The notes beneath the pieces were generated by a model. The model was not told the origin of the DNA. It made no database searches and saw only the letters and a list, made by a program, of their open reading frames with translations. Shown in pieces: positions 1 to 6,989 of a DNA stretch of 24,000 nucleotides. This DNA is from Promethearchaeota archaeon (GTDB taxonomy: Archaea > Asgardarchaeota > Lokiarchaeia > Sigyniarchaeales > SOKP01). The stretch's first letter is position 1. Each line of letters begins with the position of its first letter. Location of the stretch: positions 1 through 24,000 of the forward strand of contig JAGXOA010000248.1 of the NCBI GenBank assembly GCA_019894715.1. The letters run 5' to 3'. The position numbers and the translations under genes were made by a program.

Positions 1-513
1 GTTGAAAGAAGAGGCATCAGAGAAAAGACCAGTCATGATTTTAACACTAGAAACATCCCAATTTCCAATAGGTTGGTTGAAATCATAAGCTTTGTCAAAC
101 ATATTCGTCATGTCTGTAACGCTAGAAACATTCCAATCATCAATAGATTGGTTGAAAATAGAAGCATACGCAAACATATAAGCCATAGTAGTAACACGGG
201 AAACACTCCAATTACCAATAGGTCGATTGAAGGAAGTAGTACCTGCAAGCATACGATCCATTTGTTTAACGTTGGAAACGTTCCATTTTCCAATAGATTG
301 GTTGAATAAAGAAGCACCATGGAACATAAAGCTCATACTTGTAACGCTAGAAACTTCCCAATTACTGATATCTTGGTTGAAACTAGGAGCATAATAGAAC
401 ATCCCTCCCATATTAGTAACTCTGGAAACATCCCAATTACTGATATCTTGATTGAATGAATTAGCACCAATAAACATATAGTACATGTTAGTAACTCTGG
501 AAACATCCCAATT
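1..513 (-). repeat. Tandem coding repeat, 75-nt (25-aa) period, DUF285/BspA-type 'NW[DN]VS.V..M..MF..A..FNQ.I.' units, at least 6 full copies
   Basis: Units read from my translation: NWDVSRVTNMYYMFIGANSFNQDIS / NWDVSRVTNMGGMFYYAPSFNQDIS / NWEVSSVTSMSFMFHGASLFNQSIG / KWNVSNVKQMDRMLAGTTSFNRPIG / NWSVSRVTTMAYMFAYASIFNQSID / DWNVSSVTDMTNMFDKAYDFNQPIG / NWDVSSVKIMTGLFSDASSFN. Nucleotide strings such as 'gtaactctggaaacatcccaatt' recur 75 nt apart (415 and 490). Confidence 0.9.
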
Positions 514-1815
514 GTTCATAATTCCAGTAGCACCAAGACTTTGGCAACCTGAAAAAGCACGATACAAACTAGTAGTTCCTGTTAGATCTAAAGTATCAGA
601 CGCTGTAAGATTTAAATTAGTACATCCATTAAAGTAACCTCCAGAATTTCCTAAACGCATTGCGCCCCATTCTTTAATTTCAAGTAATTTTAATTTATCA
701 CCTCCACCATTAAATCTCCAACCAATTAAGATACCTTTAATTTCAATAGTGTAAACACCCTCTGACGCGTATGTATGAGTTATTTCTGGCTGATTATAGC
801 TCAAAATTCTATTGTTGTTTCCATCACCCCAATTTACTGTAAAATTATAGATACCTCCCAATTCTAATGGTAATTTAATTTGATTGCTTGAACTGGAACC
901 ACCAGAACCACTAAACGAAGTATTCCATTCAGTTACAAATGTTAAATCGAGATCTATTATATCCATAGTAAAGGTTAAGGGAGTTGTTCCTATATTTCCC
1001 ACGGAATCATTAGCCCAGACATGTATAGTTTTTAATCCTTCAGTAAATGTGATATAATGTGCTGATGAGTAAATCACGTTTATGTTGTTCCAGTTGTACC
1101 AAATAGTATCGACAGCTACATCATCTGATGCTGAGATATTGAGTAATTGCGTGGGGAAATAATAAGTTGAATTCACAAGACTATTTATTTCTATTATTGG
1201 AACAGTTGTGTCAATGGTAAATGTTTCGGACGTTGTTCCTAAATGTCCAACAGAATCATTAACCCAGGCATGAATGGTGTTCAATCCTTCATTAAAGGTG
1301 ACTGAATCTTGGGAAGTATAAGTAAAATTTTCACCATTCCAGTTGTACCAAATAGTATCGACAGCAACATTATCTGAGGTTGAGATAGTTAGTAATTGCG
1401 TAGCGTTATTATAAATTGTATTCACAGGGGTCTCTATTTCCACTATTGGGTCAGTTGTGTCAATGGAAAATGTTACGGAAGTTGTTCCCTTGTTTCCCGC
1501 CGAATCATTAGCCCAGGCATTTATAATGTTTAAACCTTCATCGAAGGAGATATAATATGCTGAAAAGTAAGTTACATTTTCACCCTTCCAATTATACCAG
1601 ATTGTATCGACTGCAACATTATCTGATGCAGTGATTGTCAGTAGATGGGTAGGTGAATCATAAATAATATTCACAGGGCTATTTATTTCAACAGTTGGGC
1701 CATTTGTATCCTCTGTTGCTGAAGGAAAAAGAAATACAAGCACACCAACAATTGAACCTATGAAGATGATCAATGTAAAAGAAAAAATAGTTAATAAGAC
1801 TTTTTTTTTTATAAT
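1..1815 (-). CDS. Surface protein (3' end beyond window): N-terminal signal-anchor, 3 tandem Ig-like repeats, PKD-like segment, BspA/DUF285-type 25-aa repeats
   Basis: The minus-strand frame is uninterrupted from the window edge up to a TAA at 1833..1831. It is absent from the ORF track because it runs off the window. My translation: (I)KKKVLLTIFSFTLIIFIGSIVGVLVFLFPSATEDTNGPTVEINSPVN..., then 3 x 83 aa of '..SDNVAVDTIWYNWNGEN..NDSxGN.GTT..TF.IDTT', then 'VNWGDGNNN..THTYASEGVYTIEIKG', then repeated 'FNQDISNWDVSRVTNM..MF'. There is no in-frame ATG/GTG at the 5' end. Start taken as ATT 1815..1813 (GGTG + 7 nt); the alternative is TTG 1773..1771. Confidence 0.85.
   Translation of the reverse strand, partial: MIKKKVLLTIFSFTLIIFIGSIVGVLVFLFPSATEDTNGPTVEINSPVNIIYDSPTHLLTITASDNVAVDTIWYNWKGENVTYFSAYYISFDEGLNIINAWANDSAGNKGTTSVTFSIDTTDPIVEIETPVNTIYNNATQLLTISTSDNVAVDTIWYNWNGENFTYTSQDSVTFNEGLNTIHAWVNDSVGHLGTTSETFTIDTTVPIIEINSLVNSTYYFPTQLLNISASDDVAVDTIWYNWNNINVIYSSAHYITFTEGLKTIHVWANDSVGNIGTTPLTFTMDIIDLDLTFVTEWNTSFSGSGGSSSSNQIKLPLELGGIYNFTVNWGDGNNNRILSYNQPEITHTYASEGVYTIEIKGILIGWRFNGGGDKLKLLEIKEWGAMRLGNSGGYFNGCTNLNLTASDTLDLTGTTSLYRAFSGCQSLGATGIMNNWDVSRVTNMYYMFIGANSFNQDISNWDVSRVTNMGGMFYYAPSFNQDISNWEVSSVTSMSFMFHGASLFNQSIGKWNVSNVKQMDRMLAGTTSFNRPIGNWSVSRVTTMAYMFAYASIFNQSIDDWNVSSVTDMTNMFDKAYDFNQPIGNWDVSSVKIMTGLFSDASSFN
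961..1701 (-). repeat. Three tandem 249-nt (83-aa) Ig-like domain repeats inside the surface-protein gene
   Basis: Unit boundaries are 1701..1453, 1452..1204 and 1203..~961. Long near-identical DNA stretches occur, e.g. 'ccagttgtaccaaatagtatcgacagc' at ~1090 and ~1339, with a diverged copy at ~1588. Confidence 0.9.
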
Positions 1816-1822
1816 TATATTA

Positions 1823-1827
1823 CACCC
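1823..1827 (-). promoter_or_regulatory. Shine-Dalgarno-like GGGTG, 7 nt upstream of the proposed ATT start of the surface protein
   Basis: Minus strand reads TAA TTA GGG TGT AAT ATA ATT ATA AAA AAA AAA GTC. GGTG ends at 1823 and ATT sits at 1815..1813. Confidence 0.4.
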
Positions 1828-1899
1828 TAATTATTTTATAAAATCGAAACATAATAATATATTTTTATTATAATAATTAAATATTTGTGGTATCCTTAT

Positions 1900-2178
1900 C
1901 TAACTATCATCGATCCTGAGATTTTTAATAAGATCTTGACCCAAATTATTTGAAATATCTTTTCCAGCACTATATTTCTTAAGATTCTTGATTAAATGTG
2001 GTTCAATTTTCCGATAATTCCCTCCTAATCTTATCAAAGATGTTTTTAATTTATAGTTACTATTAGATAATCCTCTAAAAGCTAAAGGTGCTCTAAAATG
2101 ACCAAGATTTGGATGCTACCAATCTTTAAATAATTCATCACTTAACTCCTTCCAACTTTCTACTTTTATAATATTCAT
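1900..2178 (-). pseudogene. FRG-domain protein remnant: 5' fragment with an in-frame TAG
   Basis: My translation from ATG 2178..2176: MNIIKVESWKELSDELFKDW*HPNLGHFRAPLAFRGLSNSNYKLKTSLIRLGGNYRKIEPHLIKNLKKYSAGKDISNNLGQDLIKNLRIDDS*. The internal TAG is at 2118..2116 and the terminal TAG at 1902..1900. 'FRG....y.L..Sl.R' resembles the N-terminal FRG motif. The downstream conserved part of the domain is missing. Confidence 0.55.
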
Positions 2179-2435
2179 AAGATTCTATTTTTTATCTATT
2201 GTTAAAATAATGAATTTAATTTGCTACACATAATTAAAAATTACTATTTTCGGTTTGAATTCTATGAAAAAAAATGTTAGGAAAAAAAGGAAAATATTAC
2301 TTAATTTAATAAAATCTTTCTTAATAGACAAATAGTTTGTCTAATAGATTTACATAGTGGCATATTCTTTTTAGAATTTGAAAAATAAAAATATTTTAAT
2401 AATGATCTCTATAAAAAAAATACAAATTAGAGTGT

Positions 2436-2440
2436 GGTGA
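2436..2440 (+). promoter_or_regulatory. Shine-Dalgarno GGTGA, 7 nt (from GGTG) upstream of the proposed ATT start at 2447
   Basis: Sequence is agtgtGGTGAattgaaATTaatttt. The GGTG-to-start spacing matches the ESCRT-III gene exactly. Confidence 0.45.
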
Positions 2441-2446
2441 ATTGAA

Positions 2447-2962
2447 ATTAATTTTGAACGAAAATTAGGTTGTATTGGTTCAGGTATTTTCTTATTATTA
2501 GGTATATATTTCTTTTTTGGATTAAATAATTTTACAGAATTTTCTTTTGATTTTTATTTCATAGGTCCCACATATTATACCACCCCAGATATAATACTTG
2601 TATATATAAGTGGTGGAACAACAGCAATTATCTCTATCATTTGCTTTATTTGCATTTTTCTTTCTTATGAAAATAAAAAAATTGGTTCTCAATTATTGGT
2701 AATAATGGGATTTTTATCTGTATTTCTAAATGTAATTCCTTATGCTACAATCACTTATTATGGTCATAATTTCTATGGTACTAGTACCCGTGATATTTCT
2801 ATATCCCTTTGTACAACATTATTTTTTATTCCAAATATATTAATTCTTCTAAGTGGCTTCTTAGAATTAAAATCTTATACAGAAGAAAGATATATTCTAA
2901 AAAAAACTATAATAGAGCTAGTTATATTAGCCAAGATTAGAAGTAAAGAAGTTATAGTTTAA
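2447..2962 (+). CDS. Small polytopic membrane protein (about 4 TM), function unknown
   Basis: The ORF track gives only 2696..2962 (TTG start). The same frame stays open back to a TGA at 2438-2440 and encodes clearly hydrophobic sequence: NFERKLGCIGSGIFLLLGIYFFFGLNNFTEFSFDFYFIGPTYYTTPDIILVYISGGTTAIISIICFICIFLSYENKKIGSQLLVIMGF... An 85-codon stop-free stretch is unlikely by chance in DNA this AT-rich. No canonical start exists in it, so ATT 2447 downstream of GGTGA is proposed. Confidence 0.6.
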   Translation: MNFERKLGCIGSGIFLLLGIYFFFGLNNFTEFSFDFYFIGPTYYTTPDIILVYISGGTTAIISIICFICIFLSYENKKIGSQLLVIMGFLSVFLNVIPYATITYYGHNFYGTSTRDISISLCTTLFFIPNILILLSGFLELKSYTEERYILKKTIIELVILAKIRSKEVIV

Positions 2963-3043
2963 AAAAATATAGAAGATGTTTTTTTGAAGATAAATAGAAA
3001 TAAGAGGAATACATGAAAAAAATGATGTCAATTATTATTTTCT

Positions 3044-4183
3044 CTATTTAGATTCTCCAAAAACTATGAAGGGAAATGAGTTTAGAAATAATCTATCAAT
3101 TTCTGGTTGAAGTTCATTTGAAGAAATCGCTTGATTATTAATTTTTTCAATAAGATACAGTGGCATTTTATTGATGAAATGTTCAATAGAAAAATCAAAT
3201 ACTTTTGTTGCACCATATGCAATAATAACAAGTGTTCCACCCAAACTAGGAAGTGATCTGAGGAAAAAATTAAATTTATCCGCTTGGATGTGCTCTAATT
3301 GAGCGTTTGGCCCTAAAGTCACACGGATAATACTTGATATAGCTGTTAATGCTCCTGAGACTAAGTTTTCATCATATTTAAATTCAGGTGTAAAAACCTC
3401 TCTATTATATACTGTAATTCCTGCTTTATTATATAAAATGATATTTTGAATTGGAAAAGGAAGACGGAAGATATAGTTAAAATTGATAATAAAATTAGCT
3501 AGAAGTAGGAATAACCCAATAAAAGTTATAATAATAATAATTAACATGAATAATATGTGTATAACGTTTAATTCCTCAGATATTGTTATAATTACCCAAT
3601 CAAATCCAGAATTAACATCATATAATCCAATAATAAATGCTAAACCAACAATAGCATAAATTATTCTGGAAATAAATAAAAATAGAATTCCAAAAAACTC
3701 TATTTTAACATCTGATTTATCAGTCATCTTATTAATTTTAGAAATAATAGTAAGTGCTTTAAAAAGAGCAATAGTAGCTCCAAGTCCTGTTAGAAATCTA
3801 ATGAATTGTAAAACTATTTCAAAATCCAATAAACCTATCGATTGTGCAATAATAAGAAATAAATTTAAAATTTGAAATCCAACCATAATACCAAAAAAAT
3901 ATGGATCAGGTTTTAATTTAGAAAGAGTTTCATAATGAACAAATATTAAGAAAAAAGCAAAACCTATCAATGAAAAAGATATTAGTCTACTAGTACCCGT
4001 AAATACCGATAATAATTGCCCGATTAGACCAATTAATACCGAAAAAGATAAATATCTAACAACTCCTCGTTTTTGACTGCTTTTATATAGAAAAATTAAC
4101 CAAATTGCTAATAAACTAAATATAATAAAAATTCCAATATATGAATTAATTGTATATAGTACATCACCTAGATTAAAAATCAT
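3044..4183 (-). CDS. Polytopic membrane protein (about 8 TM) with a C-terminal soluble alpha/beta domain, possibly roadblock/longin-like
   Basis: 379-aa ORF. The N-terminal 240 aa form successive hydrophobic helices. The C-terminal ~130 aa read 'IQNIILYNKAGITVYNREVF..ENLVSGALTAISSIIRVTLG..LEHIQADKFNFFLRS..TLVIIAYGATK..IEHFINKMPLYLIEKIN', which shows a beta-beta-alpha-beta-beta-alpha pattern. Confidence 0.8.
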   Translation of the reverse strand: MIFNLGDVLYTINSYIGIFIIFSLLAIWLIFLYKSSQKRGVVRYLSFSVLIGLIGQLLSVFTGTSRLISFSLIGFAFFLIFVHYETLSKLKPDPYFFGIMVGFQILNLFLIIAQSIGLLDFEIVLQFIRFLTGLGATIALFKALTIISKINKMTDKSDVKIEFFGILFLFISRIIYAIVGLAFIIGLYDVNSGFDWVIITISEELNVIHILFMLIIIIITFIGLFLLLANFIINFNYIFRLPFPIQNIILYNKAGITVYNREVFTPEFKYDENLVSGALTAISSIIRVTLGPNAQLEHIQADKFNFFLRSLPSLGGTLVIIAYGATKVFDFSIEHFINKMPLYLIEKINNQAISSNELQPEIDRLFLNSFPFIVFGESK

Positions 4184-4361
4184 AATGAGAATATCGCTAT
4201 TCCCATATTTATTTATTACTATATATTCTCATAAAATACTATATTTGTTATTATCATTAACATAATAATAAGATAATTAGATTTTAATCTACATAGAAAA
4301 TTATAAAAATATAATGTTATAATAAAATGCGCTCGCCGGGATTCGAACCCGGGTCGCAAGG

Positions 4362-4392
4362 ATTTAGCAGAAATAACGAAAAGTTTCTTCTA
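4362..4392 (-). other. Putative canonical tRNA intron (31 nt) at position 37/38
   Basis: Insert TAGAAGAAACTTTTTCGTTATTTCTGCTAAA lies between TTGCCA and T-CCTTG. Internal helix TAGAAGAAA / TTTCTGCTA has 9 bp with 1 mismatch. The exact boundary is ambiguous by 1-2 nt. Confidence 0.7.
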
Positions 4393-4416
4393 TGGCAACC
4401 TTGCATACTACCAGTG

Positions 4417-4445
4417 TATAGAATAAGTAAACCTTATTACTCCTA
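4417..4445 (-). other. Putative non-canonical tRNA intron (~29 nt) in the D-arm
   Basis: The 33-nt segment GTATAG GAGT AATAAG GTTTA CTTATT CTATAC forms a hairpin inserted where the 4-nt 5' D-stem strand should be. Only 4 nt (GTAC) can be retained. Boundaries are ambiguous by ~3 nt because of the GTATA/TATAC redundancy. Confidence 0.6.
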
Positions 4446-4599
4446 TACTACGAGCGCAAAATAATTAGGTTGAATTAGTAAATTTATAAAAATATTAAAA
4501 TTTATCCTAATTACAAAAAATTGCCTTTCTTTTATTAATTTCTCAACTATATAAAAAAAAATAAAATTTTAAAAAAAATAGTATGAAACAATAGAATTA

Positions 4600-5721
4600 T
4601 TAGGATTTATTATTCTCTTGTGTTTCTTTATCTTCATCCTCTTTATATGGGAACTCATGAATGTGATCTGGTGTTTCTGATTCAAAATCTTGGGCCGTAA
4701 ATTTATCAATACTACTTTCAAATACTTTTGTAACTTCATACTCTGGTTCTCTTCCCAATTCTGCCTCTTTTATAGCTTTATCTTCACTTGCTACTATTTT
4801 CTTAAAAGTAAGCTTAATTTCAGCAAATTCAACAATTCCTAATTTTCTTCCATATTTTCTTACATAATCTCCACTTGAATGTCTTATCAATTCATTAAAA
4901 ATCAATCCTGGAATTGTTGCTAGTAACATCATTATAACTAAGACAATCCATAAAGTTAGAATTGACGCAGCAACGATAAATTCTCCTGTATCAATTAATG
5001 TTTCGACCGTGTCTGTAATAATTGAAAAATACGTCACGATTACACCTATCCCCGCATAACCTTTTATTACAGTATGAAACCAACCTCCTACTGATTTTAT
5101 TACCATTGGTTCTGATATGGTTTTTACTTTCATCTCATTTGAATAAATTATACCCGAATTCTTTAAGAACCATATAGCAGCAAATAAAAACATTGAAATA
5201 AAAAATGTTACAGGTAACATGATTAATAAACCTAGGATTTGGTTAAATAATTGGTCAGTCTCACCTGTTAATGTTAGAAGATCATTTGATAGGAGGTTTT
5301 GGAATACAAAATCAGTACCTATAATTCTAGATGCAAGATTAGTAGCCAACATTAAAGCAAACATAATCGGAAAAAAACCTTTTCCGAAAAATCTAATTTC
5401 TGAAGTCTTTGATTTTTCTTGTATACCATAAATTAAATTTTTTCCTAATATTTTTTTATGAATGAATAAAAATAATGGAGCCAGTAAATAACCTCCTAAT
5501 AAATAACCGAAGAATCCAGCTACAGGGATAAGAATAGTGAAGACAAGTAGGAATTCCAATATCATAATTTTTCCAGGAATCCAAGGACTTAATTCATAAT
5601 CTAGTATAGTTGGGAAAAAGAAATACCATATTAGTGCTAAAGATAACCAAAATAATTCATAAACTCCAAAATATAAAAATGGTTTAAGATATTTCTTTAC
5701 AAAAAAAATTATTCTTTTCAT
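4600..5721 (-). CDS. Polytopic membrane protein with an acidic C-terminal tail, function unknown
   Basis: The ORF-track ORF is 4600..5751. I prefer ATG 5721..5719 (MKRIIFFVKKYLKPF...) because GGAGA lies 6 nt upstream (aaaGGAGAttaaaATG), inside the longer ORF. It has multiple hydrophobic helices and the C-terminus is 'EPEYEVTKVFESSIDKFTAQDFESETPDHIHEFPYKEDEDKETQENNKS'. Confidence 0.8.
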   Translation of the reverse strand: MKRIIFFVKKYLKPFLYFGVYELFWLSLALIWYFFFPTILDYELSPWIPGKIMILEFLLVFTILIPVAGFFGYLLGGYLLAPLFLFIHKKILGKNLIYGIQEKSKTSEIRFFGKGFFPIMFALMLATNLASRIIGTDFVFQNLLSNDLLTLTGETDQLFNQILGLLIMLPVTFFISMFLFAAIWFLKNSGIIYSNEMKVKTISEPMVIKSVGGWFHTVIKGYAGIGVIVTYFSIITDTVETLIDTGEFIVAASILTLWIVLVIMMLLATIPGLIFNELIRHSSGDYVRKYGRKLGIVEFAEIKLTFKKIVASEDKAIKEAELGREPEYEVTKVFESSIDKFTAQDFESETPDHIHEFPYKEDEDKETQENNKS

Positions 5722-5877
5722 TTTAATCTCCTTTAATTGCATTAGTTGCAATCAAAAAATCAAACAGATTATAAGAATTGATATTAATAAAGATTTGTAT
5801 AAGATTTTCTTTTTAAAATTAAAACTAAAAAAATGAATAAAAAAAATACTTTAACATGCTAATTTATATTAAGCATA

Positions 5878-6891
5878 TTATTTTTTTACGAGCTGAGACA
5901 TGATTTGTTTTATTTCATTATTTTTTGTAAAGTCTTCTAATTCATTAAGGCTTGTTGGTAAACCCACTCGGACACCTAATGATTTGCATTCTAAGTGAGA
6001 CATAGCTGCAGCAATTTTAGCTGTTTTCTTTAGAGAAAAATCATTTAAAGTGGAAATAAGAATTCCGCTCATGAAAGCATCGCCCGCTCCTGTTGTATCT
6101 TCTACAGGGCCTTCAAAAATAGTGCTTCTCACAGTATTTTCTCCATCAAATAAGAGAGATCCATTTTGTCCATCTGTTAAAGATATTAATTTAACACCCC
6201 AATCATATAGGGTTTCTAATATTTCAAATGAATCTTCTTTTTGTGTAATTTCTTTAGCTTCTTCTTTATTGAGTGAAATTACATCCGATTTTGATATCAA
6301 GATTTTTGCCCATTTTCTATTATGTGAAAGAATAGACATACTTGGTGCTGCAAAAACCTTTCCCCCTTTTCTTTTTGTAAGATCAATTGCTTTATCAATC
6401 GCTTTACAAGCTTCTTCGTTTGTTAAAGAAGTCCAAACAAAAGCTTTTATGTCATCAAATAACTCTTCTTTTATATCTTCTGGTTTTAATAGATTATTTG
6501 CACCTTTATATGCTAGGATACTTCTATCTTTACCCCATTCAGTTTTTAAAATTACAGAAAATGCTGTACTATCCTCATCTGTCTGAGTGATATCTGATAG
6601 ATCAACTCCTCTTTTTTTCATATCGTCCATGCATATTTGAGCTGAAAAATCCTTACCTAATATACCTAAATAAGCACTACGTAAACCTAACATTGCACAG
6701 TTTGATGCGATATTAGCAGCAGATCCTCCTGGAACAAACCTAACATTATCAACATTCATTTTACGACTATATTCAACCGCAGTATATTTCTTGATTGTAT
6801 TCTTATCAAGCAATTCAAATCTGAGAATATCATTAATTTGGATAATACAATCTAATGTACAACTTCCAATTGTAATAAGCTCTGGTTTCAT
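5878..6891 (-). CDS. PfkB-family (ribokinase-like) carbohydrate/nucleoside kinase
   Basis: 337 aa. Contains the 'VPGGSAANIA' N-terminal motif and the 'DTTGAGDAFMSG' C-terminal PfkB signature. GGAGA lies 8 nt upstream of the ATG. Confidence 0.9.
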   Translation of the reverse strand: MKPELITIGSCTLDCIIQINDILRFELLDKNTIKKYTAVEYSRKMNVDNVRFVPGGSAANIASNCAMLGLRSAYLGILGKDFSAQICMDDMKKRGVDLSDITQTDEDSTAFSVILKTEWGKDRSILAYKGANNLLKPEDIKEELFDDIKAFVWTSLTNEEACKAIDKAIDLTKRKGGKVFAAPSMSILSHNRKWAKILISKSDVISLNKEEAKEITQKEDSFEILETLYDWGVKLISLTDGQNGSLLFDGENTVRSTIFEGPVEDTTGAGDAFMSGILISTLNDFSLKKTAKIAAAMSHLECKSLGVRVGLPTSLNELEDFTKNNEIKQIMSQLVKK

Positions 6892-6989
6892 TATTTTCTC
6901 CTATTATCAACATATATAATATTATGAATTAAATTAGAAATAATACCTATTCTTAAAAACTTTATTTAAGAATTCTCTAAATGACAAAT

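Larger units (their letters stand above)
4327..4457 (-). tRNA. tRNA-Gly (anticodon GCC) with two putative introns; no encoded CCA
   Basis: Minus strand reads GCGCTCG TA GTA[..29 nt..]C ACTGGTA GTAT G CAAGG TTGCCA[..31 nt..]T CCTTG CGAC CCGGG TTCGAAT CCCGG CGAGCGC A. The acceptor (7 bp), anticodon (5 bp) and T (5 bp) stems are perfect and the T-loop is TTCGAAT. After intron removal the D-stem is GTAC/GTAT. G1-C72, C2-G71, G3-C70 and A73 fit tRNA-Gly. The mature length is 71 nt. Confidence 0.85.

Noticed and set aside
73-320. ORF-track ORFs 73..309 (+) and 108..320 (-)
   Set aside because: They lie inside the DUF285 repeat region. They are alternative-frame or antisense shadows of the long minus-strand surface-protein frame, and their low-complexity translations have no family signal.
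1-1701. Regularly spaced repeats (75-nt and 249-nt periods) as a possible CRISPR array or satellite
   Set aside because: The repeats are in frame within one continuous ORF and translate into protein-domain repeats. There is no repeat-spacer architecture.
2116-2118. In-frame TAG in the FRG ORF as a pyrrolysine codon
   Set aside because: The same ORF is also truncated relative to the FRG domain and ends at another TAG. No pyl genes are visible here, so pseudogenisation is the simpler reading.
2264-2335. 23-codon basic mini-ORF MKKNVRKKRKILLNLIKSFLIDK in the FRG/membrane-protein intergenic region
   Set aside because: It is too short and too low in complexity (poly-A derived Lys codons) to support, and it has no SD.
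2402-2440. ATG at 2402 is in frame with the membrane-protein ORF but is interrupted by TGA 2438-2440 (possible selenocysteine, readthrough or recoding)
   Set aside because: No SECIS-like context could be identified, and the 12 upstream codons (MISIKKIQIRVW) add nothing membrane-protein-like. The TGA is part of a GGTGA Shine-Dalgarno placed 7 nt before ATT, which explains the locus more simply. A sequencing error remains possible.
5722-5751. Longer N-terminus MQLMQLKEIK for the 4600..5751 ORF
   Set aside because: A GGAGA ribosome-binding site lies inside this extension, 6 nt upstream of ATG 5721. MKRIIFF... is a normal membrane-protein N-terminus.
5219-6590. Plus-strand ORFs 5219..5431, 6050..6586 and 6387..6590
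   Set aside because: They are antisense to well-supported genes (the membrane protein and the PfkB kinase). Their S/L/F-rich translations are typical of shadow ORFs.
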